64,000 nt of DNA from Dipteris shenzhenensis (lineage: Eukaryota): the NCBI GenBank assembly GCA_047967505.1, contig CM106538.1. One strand, 5' to 3'. The first letter of the stretch is position 1. Each line of letters begins with the position of its first letter. Position numbers and translations under genes: made by a program. Shown in pieces: positions 63,801 through 64,000 of this stretch. The notes under the pieces were generated by a model. The model saw only the letters and a list, made by a program, of their open reading frames with translations. It was not told the DNA's origin and made no database searches.

Positions 63801-64000
63801 TCACCCGTGTGACAGACCCCGTCTTGCTTATGCCGCAATAGTTGCATCTCCACTTCTTGGAGCCATCGCCTCCTTTATAACTATCCAGGAGGGAGACATG
63901 CACCCAATAAGCATCTCTCGGCATTGAGGAGGATGGAGAGGTGAGAAGGAGGATGGAGAGGTCACAAGTGACTCGTGAGAAAGGATGGGAGGTAGACTGT
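60817..64000 (-). mobile_element. hAT DNA transposon (3' end at 60817; 5' end beyond the window)
   Basis: Abrupt break in Gypsy pol at CATAGTTACCAG; subterminal AAACGG repeats 60831-60891; transposase gene inside. Confidence 0.92.
61363..63924 (-). CDS. hAT transposase, 3 exons (63924-62465, 62298-61983, 61845-61363; 752 aa): BED zinc finger, DUF659-type core, dimerisation domain
   Basis: WRCNYC...KDHLAG; VTDNGSN; WTPCASHCLDL; CERTWS; KRNRL. Both introns are GT..AG and phase-compatible, with no internal stop. The first catalytic Asp reads Asn (LCNGWSD). Confidence 0.9.

Overview
Eukaryotic land-plant genomic DNA (initiator-Met tRNA PBS, methylation-type CpG loss, huge TE-filled introns; a large-genome non-seed plant such as a fern is my inference), made mostly of nested transposable elements. 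It holds four Ty1/Copia elements with recognisable gag-pol plus a fifth Copia remnant, a gag-only LTR element, several Ty3/Gypsy elements or remnants, a near-intact three-exon hAT transposon, a MITE, and LINE and MULE-like relics. The ORF track misses the one host gene I can support: exons 1 and 2 of a spliceosomal-intron-containing acetate kinase (MARSVLVLNSGSSSLK|YALYNL...GVIEGIG), at 35019-35065 and 49698-49824. A 14.6-kb intron of nested TEs separates them, and intron 2 runs past the window end. The most unusual signals are a GIY-YIG endonuclease relic inserted in frame into the gag of an integrase-deleted Copia, three independent integrase-core deletions, dense CGTAC arrays in the leaders of both Copia and Gypsy elements, and a hAT transposase with an open frame but a D-to-N change at its first catalytic residue. 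All calls were made by eye, without database searches.
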